Shown in pieces: positions 22,920-36,767 of a DNA stretch of 64,000 nucleotides. The notes under the pieces are model-generated. The model was not told the origin of the DNA. It ran no database searches and saw nothing but the letters and a program-made list of their open reading frames with translations. Within the stretch, counting starts at the first letter, position 1; each line of letters opens with the position of its first letter. The DNA comes from Blastocladiella emersonii ATCC 22665 (lineage: Eukaryota; Fungi; Blastocladiomycota), in NCBI GenBank assembly GCA_025594325.1, contig JANHCV010000001.1, positions 558,001 through 622,000 on the forward strand, given 5' to 3'. Made by a program: the position numbers and the translations under genes.

Positions 22920-25900
22920 ATGCTAAAGAATGCATCCACCACCGGCGGGCCCCGGGCGCCGCGCGCGACCGCCGACCCGCTGCTGCAGCACGGTCTGCAC
23001 GACGCGGCCTCGGGGTCGTGGGACTCGCTGTTCACGGCCGACGACCGGAAACCCTCTCGCGCGCCCGGCGCCCTGCTCGCCACGTCAACCCCCAACGCCG
23101 CCGCCACCCGCCCCAGCGGCACCCTGCCGCCCCGCTCTGTCCGCTCGCCGCCGCGACACCACCGCGACCCGCGCGCGTCGGACCCGTGGACCTCGTCCGC
23201 GACCATCACGAACCCGGACCCGACGACGCACACGCCGTCGGGCGAGCCCGCCATGGACCGCGCGCTGCTGACGCCTGAGCTCGGGTACAAGCTGAGCAAG
23301 AAGATTGCGCAGCTGACCAAGGTCATCTACGCCGTGCACCTGCGCAACGACCACCACCACGCCGAAATGTGCTCGGTCGTCGAGGCGTACGAGGCGCATA
23401 TCCTCGCGGCCGAGGCGGCGGCGCGGGAGGCTGCAAGGACGGCGGCTGAGGCGAGGGAGGTGGAAATCCAGGAGGTGCGGCGTGAGGCCGACGCGCAGGT
23501 TGCGGCGGAGCGCGCGGCGAGGGAGGCCGAGGTCACGCGGGTCGCTGCTGAGGCCCAAGCCAGTGTCGATCAGGTGAAGCGGGAAAAAGAGGAGGAGGCG
23601 GCGAGGTTTCGCAAGCAGGTGCTCGACCTCGAGCTGTACGTCGTTGCATTCCCGTCGCGCGACGAAACTGACCTGAACACTCGACGTAGGCGACTCGAGG
23701 TTGCCGAGGCCAACCTCAAGGACGAGCGGACCAAGGCCGTCGAGCTCGGCGTCCAGCTCGAGGAGACGGCGCGCGGCAAGATTGAGCTCGAGGAGCAGGC
23801 CGAGTTGCTCAAGGCGGCGCGGGACGAGGACGCAAAGCGTCATGCTGCTGAGCTGGGTACGGCCGATCAACAGTCGCTCGGGTTGTGCCGGCACTGACAC
23901 GAGTCTTATGTAGAATCCCTTCGCTCGACCCAAGCACGACAGCTCGAGGAAACAACTTCAGCCCACCAAGCTGTACGTCGCCCTCTCATCCGACCCCGCT
24001 CACTCGCCCTAACCCATCACCCCGCCTCAGGCCCTCGCCACCGCCGAATCCTCCCACCGCGCCGCGCTCGACGCCGCCAACAAGGACACGCTGCGCCGCG
24101 TGCAGGACCTGCACCTCGCGCGCGACCAGCTCGCGTCCCTCGAGGCCTCGCTGCGCACCCAGTCCGAGTCGTGGTCGCACCGCGAGCGCGAGCTCGAGAC
24201 CCTTGTGTCGCGTCTCGAGACCAAGCTGACGGCGATGCACGGCGACCACTCGGCGCAGGGCGACCAGCTGCGCGCCCTCCTCGACGCCGCGACGGCTGAG
24301 GCCAAGCAGAGCGCGGAACGCGTGTGCGAGCTGACGCGCGAGCTCGAGTCGGCGCGCGACACGTACGCTGTGACCGAGCGCGAGCGGGCGGATGCGGTCG
24401 AGCAGGTCGGCAAGCTCCGCGCTCAGCTCGCTGGTGCCGAGTCGCGGCACGCATCAGTCGTGCGCGAGCGCGACGCACTGGCGCAGAAGCTCAAGGAGAC
24501 GACCGAAGAGGCTAAACTCGCCGCGGCCGCGGCCGCCGAACAGCTGCGCAGCGCCAAGGAGCGCAGCGACCAGTCTACGGCCGCGTTCGCACAGGAGCGT
24601 GCGCGGCTCGAGCAGGCGTGCCGTATGCAGGCCGCCGAGGCCAAGGATCTCGCGAGCAAGCTGCTCGCGCTCGAACAGTACGTTTCCGGACTCGTCGGTG
24701 CGGAATGCTGGATCTGACGCTGGCAGCGTGTAGCGAGCTTATGACCGAGCGGAGCACTGGCGGTACGACTACCCGGTTTTCCGACTCGGAGTAGCCCGCT
24801 AACACCCTCTTCTCCGAGTAGAGAGCAAATCAACCGAACTCGCAGCCCAAGTCGCCGACCTACAGTCTCGCCTCGACACGGCCATGACCGAGCGCGACCG
24901 CGCCCTGGCCTCGGCCGAGGGCAGCGCGGCGCAGCTGCAGGACGAGCTCGACGACTGGCGCCGCCGGTTCGCCGCTCTCGACGCGCAGCTCCAGAACGCC
25001 GTCAACGACCACGACGACCGCGTTCGCGAGCTCGAGCGGATGCACCGCGAGGCGCAGAAGCGGTGGGCTGCCGAGCGCGCCGCGGAACGCAGCGACATGG
25101 CGCGCGACCACGCGGCGGCGGTCGAGCGCATGAAGTTGAAGTGGGACGAGGAGATGCGCACGGTCGTCGAGACGCGCGCGGCGGCGGTGCGCGAGCTCAA
25201 GGCGCGCGTCGGGGCCGAGGTCGAGCATCGAGCTCGCGAGGAGGCGCGGGTCGTCGAGGCGGGCAGAGAGCTGGGCAAGATGCAGGAACAGCTCACGGCC
25301 GCGCGCAACGAATGCGAGGTGCTTCGGCTGCAAGTCGCCGCGGTCAGGTACGCTGCACTCTCGGGGCTCGTACGTTATGTTCGACTTATCCATCTCGCTC
25401 GTCGTGTAGCGGGTCGCTCCAGTCTGCCGAGGCATCGGCTCAGCAAGCCCAGAGCGCACACGGTACGTCTCGATCAGCACCGTCATTTGCTGGAGCTAAC
25501 CAGAAAGCCGACTAGAGCGACTCAAGAACGAGCTCCAGGACGCCAAGAACCAGCTTGCCCAGTCGCAGCGCCGCGAGTCGGAGCTCGCCGGTACAGTGGC
25601 CCAGCTCGACGCACAGCTCGCTGACGAGCGCAACCACCTGGCCACCAAGGACTCGGAGCTGACCAAGCTCGCGACGATCAACAACACGATCACGGAGCAG
25701 CAGTCCCGCATCGCACAGCTCACCGCCGAGCTGGACGCCAGGTCGAAGGAGGTGCAGCGTGCCGCCTCGACCATCGAGCAGAACGTCAAGTCGATCAAGG
25801 TAAGTGCGTTCCCGGTCATCGGATTCACGCTCGCACTGACGAAACCTTGCACGAGTGTAGGATCTCAAGGATCTGACCCAGCGCCTGCTCACGTCCGAGA

Positions 25901-27054
25901 CCACGCTGCAAGCCGAACTCGAGCGCGCTCGCACCGACCACGCGGTCGCTCTCGCTGCCGTCCACTCCGAGCACGAGCAGCAGATCGAGACCATGAGTAC
26001 CGCGTTCCTCGACGAGAAGGCCGCGCTGCACGATCAGCTCCGCGTCGCCAACCAGCGCATCGAGGACCAGATTGCGACCCTCGAGCGCGCACGCGCCGAG
26101 GCTCTCGCCGACCAAACGGCCGCGGCGCGGCGCCAGGCGGAGCTCATGCGGGACCTCGAGCGGGCTCGCGCGCAGGCCGTGCAGCAGCGCGAGGCGTCCG
26201 AGGCTAAGATGTACGTTTCGTCGTCTCTTGCGGGCGATGCTTAATCACTGACAGCTGTATCTAGTGCCGCGCTCGAAACGCAGTTCCGCAGCGACACCGA
26301 GGCGGCGGCCACGCGGCACGCACAAGACGTCGAGAACGCGAAGCGCGAGCACCTCGCGCGGACGCAGGCCATGCTCGGCGAGTTCGAGTCGGCGCAGGCG
26401 TTCATGAAGTCGGAGGTCGAGCGCCTCACGCGAGCGTACGTTCAGCCCCCGCCTATTCGGTTGCTTCGAGCTCACCTCGCGCACGGACCTCTAGGCTCGA
26501 GGCCGCCGAGGTCAAGTACATCAACCGCGAGCCGCGTCAGGAAGATCTCGACCGGGTCCACCGCTGCGAGATCGAGATTGACCGGCATAAGCGCACAATT
26601 GTCCAGCTCACGGTACGCCTATGGCCAGATGCTTCTCGAGTGCGAGTGCGAGCGCGCGCTGATCCGCATCGTCGTGTAGGAGGACATTGCGCGCATCCGC
26701 CTCGAGGTCCAGAGCCGCGAGGACAGCATCCACCGGCACTTTGGCAGCCGGCCGAACGTCGGGGTGCTGATGCCTGGCGCAGGCGCCGCGTCAAAAAAGG
26801 TGCGCTACAGGTCACCTTGCTTGTTCGCGGGACTCGTTCGCTGACCGACCTCGATGTAGGGCGCCGCTGGATCACGGACGACGGCTCCGAGTCTACTGCA
26901 CTCTCGATCCTCGGCCGCGATCCTACCGCCGCTGGGCAAGTCGGGCAGTGACTCGAGCCTGGCCAAGGGGCGGCCCAAGTCAGCGAGCATGGTGCTGTCC
27001 GAGTCGAGAGCTGGCGGATCCAGCCGGCCTGGTTCGGGACACCGGCTACAATAG
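22920..27054 (+). CDS. FAM184-family long coiled-coil protein, multi-exon
   Basis: N-terminal LSKKIAQLTKVIY..RNDHH and C-terminal YINREPRQEDLDRI..RLEVQSRED..F..RPNVGVL match the FAM184A/B termini; about 9 short introns; start codon uncertain (22920 or about 23253). Confidence 0.8.
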
Positions 27055-27210
27055 ACGTAGTGCGGCTTTCGGCCCTTGACCCGTAGTGGAGCTGATGCAA
27101 GGCCTGATCGGTCGGATGACTCAAAGGTCGGGCTATGGCAGTGTCAACTCCGATCTCGTCGCCGAGAAGCCATCTCTCTCAAACCCCCTACTTGCTAATG
27201 TATTGACACC

Positions 27211-28965
27211 ATGGAACTTGATGCAAAACCTTGCGATATGCAACGACAGTCGATTGACGTCCCACAGACGCCCCTTGAAGGCATGATGCCGACTCGTGAC
27301 GATCCCGTCGCTGCTCGGGCCGTCTCGCAGCCTGTCCACACTTCGTTCTTCCGTGAAGCACTCTCGAATCCTTGCATTTGCCAGGACAATGCCCCCGAGA
27401 TTGTTCGACACACGATCGCCTTGGGCGCTACCGGCGAGCAGTCGGACGTCACGGTCGAGCTTCACGGTCACCGCTACTCGCTGCACTCGTTTGTTTTGAC
27501 TCAGAGTCCCCTCTTCAAGCGCTTGCTTGGTGACGTGTGGCACGTTCCTACTTTTGATCGTGACGGCTGGTCGGTCCGAATCGAGTTCCTTCCTTCTGTC
27601 AAATCAGGCGGCGATCCCGTTGCCCGAGCTCTCGTTGCTTGGGAAATCGCTCTCGTCTCCTTGTACGCCGGATGCAGCCATGCCGTTCGTCGACTGCTGC
27701 AGCCCTGGAACTTCGTGGACGTGCTCGAAGCCGCACTCTATTTTGGTACGCGTTATTGGTCACGCGGCGTGAACTTGTGAGGCTCAAGCTAACCACCAAC
27801 ATCACTGCCGTGCTTTCAGACTTTCCGCAGCTCATCAAGGCGCTTCTGGGACACTACCACAAGGTCTTGGCATCCTGCCTCGGGAACCCAATGAGAACAA
27901 CGCCATACTCGTGGCCAGCGTGATCAACTGGTGCCACGGCCGCTCGCTCCCGCCAAACCTCCTGTCCCTCAGCACATTTTCCTTCGCGTTGCTTCGCTTC
28001 CTCGGGCCACAGCCGTTCACGCGCAGCGTCCTTACTTGGTGCCACTCTAACACTGTCAACCGAGTCCTGCTCTCGCCAAACTTTTGGGCGCCCACCGAGA
28101 CCGAGCGCTTTGCGTTTCTCATGGAGTTCAACGTCCCCTTCGATCTGGTCATGCTCGCCATGCGGTTCTGCCGCACCAACCTCTACGAGCAGCAGCGCAT
28201 CTTGACGCACCCGTCTGTCGCGTCGGATCCCGCGAAGCAGATCTGCTTGCAGTCAACCTTTTACAGAGTCATGACGCTCGAAACTCGTATTTCAGCTGCC
28301 CGTCCAGATGATCTCGCGATTCTTGACGGTTGGCCGGACGAGACCGTTGGGTTCAGCGGCTTCTCGCCGAACAGATTTGATCCAACCGTCGCACGGACCA
28401 CTGCAGCTCCTTGGGACAGTGCCGCTTTGGACCATCTCGCCAAGATTGCTGGCGGCCCGGAAGTGCGCATCCCCATGGATCTCGAGCTCAACTCGCCGAA
28501 TCCCACGTGGTTCTTCCACGGCGGGAGCTGCTGGACGGTGCGCGTCGTGCTTTGCGAGAATGGCGACCTGCAGCTCTTCATGTACGCGTTCGCACCGGAC
28601 CAACGCGAAGTCGCCTGACTGACTCGAGCGACTCGCGACTTTGTAGTACTCGCGTTCGCTCATCAACGTTTCTCTCGCAGCCCATCGCTCCCGGCACACT
28701 CTACGACCCTCGCACGTACGTGCCGGCCAAGGTCTACCTCGTGTCCTACGTTCCAGCTCTTCTTCACTCGAGCAGCTCGACGACCAGCCCCAACTCGCCT
28801 TCCTCGCAGGTCTTGATCACGGCGACGTATTGCCACAGCTACGCCAACCCCCACCTGTTCATTGACGGACACGAGCACGGCGTGTTCTTCAAGGGGTTCG
28901 GCTCGGTTCCGATCGTCAACGGGAAGCGCACGATGCGCTTCATGCTCGGCCTGCGCCTCATGTAG
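27211..28965 (+). CDS. BTB/POZ-domain protein, paralog 1
   Basis: DVTVELHGHRYSLHSFVLTQSPLFKRLL (BTB N-terminus); two introns; ends GKRTMRFMLGLRLM*. Confidence 0.75.
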
Positions 28966-29110
28966 CCCTCCGCCTCGAGTTTTTCTGAGTATCATAAATA
29001 GATGGTGACCGGTTCTTGAGTTCTTCAGACGGACATGACCTCTGGCTCGCTCTCGGATAGCCCGCTGGGATCATGACGCCTCGAGAGGACAGGCGAAGCT
29101 GATCAAAGGC

Positions 29111-29703
29111 GTGATCGGTCGGGAGCCAGCGGAGCTCCGATTGAGGCCGAATCCTGAACTGAGTCATGTTGAGCTCAGCCGACTTTCCAAAATCGCAAGC
29201 TGTCCCGAAGTACGCATCCCGCTCGAGATCAACGTCGACCAACCCCGCAACGGGCCAATCAAGCTTACGTTCTTTCACGGCGGCAGCTTTTGGTCCCTTG
29301 GCCTGCACATCATGGAGCAGGGTGCGTGCGGCTCCTTTCCGTTATTATCCCGCTTCAAACTAACTCGCAATCATCTAGTGAGCGCCTTCCTTGGTCAACT
29401 ATGGGCGCAACCGCCATGCTCGACCAGTATCAAGACCGCCGCAGGACCGTACTGGCACGGGCTTACCTTGTCTCGTATTCTGCTTTCGAGATGGACAACC
29501 TCCTCCCCGACGCAACTCGTCAACGGACCTTGGTCAAAGTTGCCAAGGCTTGTGCTTGGGCCAACGCGCAGCCATTTGCTGGTGGCGATCAAAGCTCAAT
29601 CTCGATTCAAGGTTTGGATCAAGTCCCAATCCTTGACGGCCAACGAAAAATGAGGTTCTTGTTCGGTCTTCGGTTGATGAAATGTATCCATCTATTTTCC
29701 TAG
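29111..29703 (+). pseudogene. C-terminal fragment of the BTB paralog family, lacking the BTB domain
   Basis: KIASCPEVRIP..TFFHGGSFWS and GQRKMRFLFGLRLM match both neighbours; no ATG or BTB region in the short gap upstream. Confidence 0.6.
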
Positions 29704-30012
29704 CTTCCACGGTCTCGCGTTCTTGCCTGGTTGATGAGAACGATGCTCCTGATGAAGATGAAGATCCTCCGCCCTGCTCTCCCCACGTCGCGACACCTTT
29801 TAGGTTACGCTATTGCCGCGAAAGACGCGTAAAAATTAATAAAACTAGTTCGCTTCCCATGTGTGAGCACGAAAATGATCCGGATCGTGATCGAGCAGGT
29901 GATCCCGCGTGACGTCGACGTCGGCCGCCGGGCAACGACGGCGCCACACAAGCTTCGGCTCGCCGCCCAACCTCGCCCTCCCTCCCTCAACTCACTTTCA
30001 TGTAACTTCACG

Positions 30013-31804
30013 ATGGAACTTGATGCAAATGACTCGGATTCACGTCTTGAACGGCGTCGCCCGCGACTTCGCGCCCAGGACCCGCAGGTTCCTCAAGGTC
30101 GCGTCCTCGCGACGGCACCTGCTTCTGCCGTCGCTCCGCAGCCCGTCGTTATCCCGACCTTCCGCGAGGCCCTATGTTGGCCGTGCGAATGCAAAGACAA
30201 AGCGCCGGCGCTGATCCGCCACTCGATCGAACTTGGAGCCCGCGACGAGCAGACCGATATCACCGTCGAGCTTCACGGCAAGCGCTTCTCGCTCCACACC
30301 TTCGTCTTGACCCAGAGTCCTCTCCTTAAAAACCTGCTCGGTGACGAGTGGCACGTGCCGTCCGTCGACTGCAACGGCCGTTCGGCCCGTATCGAGTTTC
30401 TCCCTCCAGACGCCGAGGGCGACGATGCAGTCAGCCGAGCCCTTGTTGCTTGGGAGAACGTCCTTGTCTCCCTTTATGGCGGATGTGTGCACGCTGTTGC
30501 TTCGCGCGTGACGCCCGGTTCGTTCCTGGACACGCTAGAGGCTGCCCTCTATTTCGGTACGCACGCTCAACCCGCTTCACCACTTGACGCTGAAGGAGCT
30601 CACCATATCGCGCGCGTTTTAGACCTGCCTTCTCTCATCGACGCCTTGGTCTACTTCTTTGCTTGCGTCTTGGCCGACTGCCTTGAATCCGAGCGCTTGC
30701 ACGAGGAAACCACCCGGTTCATCGCACGAGTGATGACGTGGAACGACGAACGGACGACGCCGGACACTACCGCGCCGCTAGTCTCGCACGTCCGGTGGCT
30801 TATTCGCTTTTTGGGTCCGCATCCACTTACCCGCAGCATCCTCACTCACTGCCCACAGCGCTTCATCAACTCCGTGCTTCTCTCCGCGCAGCTCTGGTGT
30901 CCCAGCGAGCTTGCACGTTTCGAATTTCTCGTCGAGTTCAAGGTTCCCTTTGAGCAGATTATGCTCGTCATGCGCTTCTGCGGCACCACGCTCGAGGATC
31001 AGCGCCGTGCTCTGGCGCTGCCACCCGTGGCGCTTGACCCTTCACGGCAGATGTGCCTGAAATCGGCGTTCTTTGAAGCGACCGCGCTGGACGGCGCTAT
31101 CGCAACGGCCAAACTGCGCGACCAAGTTTTACCTGGGGAGTGGCCAGCGTATGACGCTGGCTACAGCGCCTTTGGGACAACTCTATGGAGCGAAACTTCA
31201 AGTGGTCTGGAACTTAACGGCGCTGAACTTGATCGGAACTCCAAAATCGCAAGCTGTCCCGAGTTTCGCCTTCCTTTCGATATCGACATTCCTGCGGACG
31301 GCCTCGATCCCTGTGCGGTAATTAACCGCACTTTCCTTCACGGTGGGAGCGTGTGGTCCACCCAGCTTCAGGTGGACAGAAATGGCGAAGTGCTCCTCGG
31401 CATGTACGTTCGCTGCTTCCTCCCTCAAAAGTTGGAAACGCTCCCCAACTGATCCCGGTCTTTCGAATTGTAGCCAACGCGCTTCTTGGGCTCAGATGCG
31501 CGCTTCTTGGGCTCAGATGCACCCCGATTTCCTCGCTGGACGCTCCCAGGACCGCCGCAAGATAGTTTTTGTCCGCACGTACTTTACGTTCTATCCGGCC
31601 AAGCTGCTGGACGAGTCTCGGCCTGGAGTGCCCCGCCAGCGCGTCGCCCCCAGCATGCCAGGACGTCACATCCTCCCTGAGGTGCAGTCGTTTGCCGTTG
31701 GACAGAATATGGTGGTCTCGCTCTGCAATATTTATATCGATCGTGTCCCCATGGTTGGCGGCCAGCGCAAGCTGCGGCTTCTCCCTGGCCTGCGACTCAT
31801 GTAG
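30013..31804 (+). CDS. BTB/POZ-domain protein, paralog 3
   Basis: Starts MELDA like paralog 1; DITVELHGKRFSLHTFVLTQSPLLKNLL; same intron positions; ends GQRKLRLLPGLRLM*. Confidence 0.75.
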
Positions 31805-31855
31805 TCCCAATGCTCTCCCCACTTCATACATTTTCTGTTTTTCTTGTTGATTGTA

Positions 31856-34082
31856 TCACCATGCCGCCTCGGACAACATCTCCACGAACGACGGGACACA
31901 CCTCACCCGCACGAGCAGCCGCGCCCGCTCCTCGCCGCTGTACTCGCGCCGTTCCTCCTCCCCCGCGTCCCGCATCGCATCTGGATACACGCACGCGATC
32001 GCCTCGAGCCCCTCGACATCCCCAAGCCGTCTCTTCTGGCGCACCACGGCCGCGATCCCGACCCGCGACACGTTGCTCGTGAGCGCGGTCGCGTGCTCCG
32101 CGTACAGCAGCCACACCCACGCCGGAACGCGGTCGAGCCACGCGACGACGCGGCGCGCCATGAAACTTGGATTGTTCTGGACGAGGCGCGTGAACAGGGA
32201 CCGATGAGTGGCGAGGTACGGCTCAGCAGATGGATCGGCCATGAGCGCGAGATGCGTGCTGGAGAAGTGGTCGCGCAGGAACGCGGTTTTGAGCGAGATG
32301 TCGAGCAGGCCGTCGAACGTGTCCATGAACACGAAGATGGCCGCCGTGAGCCCGGGCGTTGTTGGGTGGCGGAGCGCGGTTTGCAGGAGCGCGGAGAAGA
32401 TGGCCGTGCGCTGTTCGCGACGGCTGTCATGGGCGAGCACCGAGTTGTGCGCGTTGGCCGCCCCGCCCGACTGGTAGGCGCACGCGAAAACCCGCGCGAT
32501 CTCGACGTTGCTCCACTCCGCGCGACGTGAGCTGGTGGTAAGCGAGTCGGCAATCTGTTCGAGAAGGGTGCCGAACGGGGTAACGGTCTCGATGAGGGTG
32601 AAGAGCGAAGGGGAGAGCGGCTCGGGGTACGAGCAGAGCAGCTTGATCGCCGTCGACGACGGCAGGCCGAGCTTCATGCACACGCGAAGCAGCGAAGGGA
32701 GATCAGATGGAGCTGGCGTGTGGTCGACGACAAGGGCTACGAATTGAGGGTTAGTCAACTGAACAGACGACGGTTAGCAAAGTAAGCGTACCGTGATATG
32801 CAATGGTGACGTGCATGGAGCTGATGACCCACATCTCGATCAGCTTGACAAGTGCCGTCCGCGCCTCGGACGACCCGTGCTGCAGCAGGGCCGACCACGC
32901 GTCGTCAGGAATCAGCCCAAGCTCGCAGCAACGGTACACTGGCGCGAGATGCCCGCTGCGAGCAAAGGTACAAAGCGCCGGCTGGATGGCCGTGCGCATG
33001 GCCTCGCGCATCGAGTCGTCGCCCAGCACATCCGCGTCGAACCACTTGAGCAGCGCGAGAAACCGTGACTCGTGCCCGGAACCATTCGCCATGGCCGCCG
33101 CAAAACTGGGCGCCCACGTGCGGCTGATCGTGATCCCATAGCTGACCTCGAGCCGTTCAATAAGGTCGATAAGCTCGCCGGCCGCAAGCTGCGCGGCGCG
33201 AAGCGAGTCGACCAGCTTGCCTTGCGCGATTTCGCCCTCAATGAGCCGTGCGACGCGCTCGCGAGTCACGCCGAACCGCGAGTCGCTGAGAAGCATGTCA
33301 AGCGTCGGCCAGTCCAGCGACGAAGCTGCCACGAGGGTGTGGTACTCAAAGTAGGTGCACGTCGCGTTGGGCTGCGCGATGCTGAACTTCAACCCGTGCG
33401 CGACGAGCGGGCCGATATCCGACCACACGTATGACGGGGCCGCGTTGGTCGCTGCTTCCGGGTGATGCGAGACCAGGTAGATGAGGGCAGCGTGGTGAGC
33501 GGTCGAGTCGCCGATGAGCGAAAAGTAGACGGGAAGGATGTGCATTGCGTCGCGGTCCGCGTCGATGCCCGGTTCGAGGTCGTGCTGCGACTCCTTTGCC
33601 CATGAAGTCTCCTCGTCTTCCAGCTCCTCCGGAACCGCAACAATCTCGGCCGGCTGCTGCGCAAGCGGCGCATCCGTCAGGGAAGCTGTCTCGCTCGCGG
33701 GCGAGCCCACGGTCACTTCTTCCACGACGGCCGCGGCCGGCTGGCGGCCGTTGTATGCGCGGGCCCAGTGCTCGTAGAGCTTCCGCATGACGTGCGTCGT
33801 CATCGGATGTCCAAATTCGCGAACATGTTCGGGCGGGAACGCCGTTGCGAGGAAGGCAGACCAGATGCGCGGCGAGTCGGCGATGTGGTTGGGCGAGCGT
33901 CCAGCGAACCCGTTTGCCGTGCGCATGAGCCAGATGGCCGTGCACGCCGTCGAATTGCACACGACCGAAAAGACGAGAGCTGATGCCGGAACGGCGCTGC
34001 GAGGGTTCGCGAGCTGCGCGACGTGCTGCAGGACGACGAGTGGCAGAGAGTTGGAGCAATTCATGGTGTTGGCGGTCGACAT
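31856..34082 (-). CDS. Hypothetical protein of about 725 aa, two exons, weak F-box-like start (LPLVVLQHVAQL)
   Basis: ORFs 32751-34082 and 31856-32758 join in frame through a GTACGC...ACTAAC...TAG intron at about 32735-32790. Confidence 0.65.
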
Positions 34083-34347
34083 GGTTTGGCTGTATCAGTG
34101 AGCGAGAGACCAGTTTGAAGGGAAGGGAAAGCTGAAGTGCTAGGGCTCCTGCGGGTGCATATACCGTGCATTTCCGAGCCGTGATGGCGGGCTGATCCGA
34201 CGCGTCTCGCAGCGAGCACGTGATGTCTCGCATCCGACGCCACACCCGCCTCCCCTCCTTGCGCGGCCTCGTTCCATCACTCCCAGTGCTCAAAGTCACT
34301 CCCCGTGCTGAACCATGTGGCATAATGAAAAACGGTTGAATTCTGTG

Positions 34348-36767
34348 TCATCCCATCAACGGCCAATTGATCGGGCTCCTCGCTCGCTTCCCTCCATCCC
34401 CATCCCCGCCCTCCGCCGCTGGCGCGGGCGCAGGTGCCGTCGGGACCTGCGGGTGATGGTGCATCTGCTGCTGCTGCGCGGCGAGCTGCGGCAACCACAT
34501 CGCCGACGCGTCGAACGACGTGGGATCCGCCGCGAGCTGCCGCTGCGACCGGTACTTGCCCGCGCTCGCGCTCGCGCTCCCGCTCCCGCCGTTGTCAGCG
34601 AGCTGGGCGAGAATGTCCATGGGCGCCTGGCCGCTGCCGATGCGGTCGTTGGACAGCAGGTCCGCGAGCCCGCCGTCGCTGCTGTCCTCGAACTCGTCGT
34701 CAAAGTCCTCGGGGTCGTCGGTGAACATGGTGACGCCCGCGGAGGCGGCGGAGGCGGCCGCGGCGGCTTCGGCTTCCGCTGCAGCGGCGGCCGCGGCGAA
34801 CGAGAAGATGGACTGCCCCGCGGTCGATGCTGACGTTGGCGGGCCCATGGGGATCGAGCGGAGCGGGTGCTGCGGGTACTGCTGGTACTGCTGCTGTTGA
34901 TGCATCGGTGGCATCGGTGGCGGCTGCAGCGGCTGCACGACGTCCCACGCGGTGGTCCCGAGCCCAGGCCCGCTCTCGTTCTGCGTGAGGTACTCCATGA
35001 GCGAGATGTCCGGGAACACGGCCGACAGCGACCGTGTGGGCGGGAGGACGAGCGGGGCGCCGGAGGCGGACGCCGGGCCGGGGTCGAGCGACGCCGACGC
35101 GTTGGCCGACGACGAGGCTGCGGCGCTCGGCACCGTCAGCGGCGTCATGACGGCGGCGGTCGCCGCGTCGTAGGCCGCGAGCGGCGTCGCGGCGATCGTC
35201 ATGGGCGACATGACGGCAGCCATCGCGGCCGCGTTCGCAGCGTTGGCGATCGCGGCCGCGTTCGCCCAGGACGCCGCGTTCGCGGTCGCGGTCGCGGCCG
35301 GGTTGGCGGCGAGCAGGCTCGGGGTGAACATGGGCGACGCGAGCATGTTGGCGGCGATCTGGGCCTGCGCCTGCTGCTGGTGGTGGGTGACGAACTGCTG
35401 CGGCGCGAGCCCGCCGCTGTGCACGAGCATGGTGGGCGACTCGACGACCTGCATCCCGTTGAGCCCGAAGAAGGCGGGCGACGGCGCGGCGGCTGCGACG
35501 GGCCCCGTGGGCGCGGACCCGCCGTCGGCTGTCAGCTTGCGCTTCTTCGGGTTCGCAGCGCCGCCGGTGCTGCTCCCGTCGTCGTGCGCCGACAGGACGG
35601 GCCCGCCGAGCGCGCTGCGTGTGCGCGGGCTCGGGACCGCGGCGGCGACGGGCGACCCGAGACCCATGAGGTCAAAGGAGCGCGACGCCTGGAAGAAGGG
35701 CGAGGTGCCGGGGGCCGCGGGTATGAGCATCGGCGACATCCCCGGCGACTCGACGAACCCGCTTCCACCGTTACCGGTTGCAGACCCGGCAGCAGCGAAC
35801 AGGTTGGGCGGCGCCGTGTGGTGGGCGGTCGGGATGGGCGGCATGTTGGCGGGGCGCATGCGCGGGGTGGTGCGGCGGCCGAGCGCGGCGCCCGACGACC
35901 GCGTGCGGGTAGGGTTGACGCCGAGGATCGCGCCCGGGTGCGACGGCGGGAGCATCGCGCCGGGGTTCACCGAGGCGGCGAGTTGGGGGGAGAGGAAGGT
36001 GCCGGCGGACGTCAGGATGGGGTTCGACGTTGAAATAGAGGGAGAGAAGAGGTGGTCCGAAAAGTCGCCGAGCTGCGCGCCGACAGCGGCGGGAGCGGCG
36101 GTGGACTCGTCGTCGTCGAACGAGACGGACGAGGTTGGCCACGCAGCGGGCGACATGGCGGCGCCGCCGAGCAGGGCGAGCGGGCGGTCGGGGTTCGCGG
36201 AAGACGAGGACGTGGAGCCGACCGAGGTCGCGGGCGTTTGCTGCTTGACGATGCTGCTGGTCCCGGTTCGTCCGTCGCCGCCAAACTACGAATCCGCGAA
36301 CAGTGAGACGGCTGGTCCGCGCCGAGTCCCACACTCAGTAAACGTACATCGCGCGCGGTCTTGATATCGATAGCCGGCTGGTAATGCGTGGCGAAGCGGA
36401 GGAGCACGTCGTCGATGGCGTCGGCTGTCGAGAACTGGTGCAGGCGGCCGTTCGAGTCGAACATGACGATGGCGAGCTGGCAGTCGCACAGCGTGGCGAG
36501 CTCGTAGGCCTTCTTGTACAGGCCCTGGCGGCGCTTGAGCAGCGTGGCGCGGCGCACGCGGTCGTCGGCAATGGTCTCGATCCGCTGGCGGCGGCGCGAT
36601 GCACCCTTGGCGGTTGTGGCCGTGGCCGAGGTGGGCGACGGGCCGCCGCCGTCGTCGTCGTCCGAGTCGTGCGGGCCGTACAGCGCGGCCGACGACGAGA
36701 CGGTCAGCGGCGACGGGAGCGGCGAGGCCAGGCTGGCGCCGGCGGCGGCGTGGGAAACGACGCTCAT
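34348..36767 (-). CDS. MADS-box transcription factor (MEF2/RLM1-like)
   Basis: RRRQRIETIADDRVRRATLLKRRQGLYKKAYELATLCDCQLAIVMFDSNGRLHQFS; one intron (about 36286-36346) joins in frame to the Ala/Pro/Ser-rich ORF 34348-36156. Confidence 0.88.
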
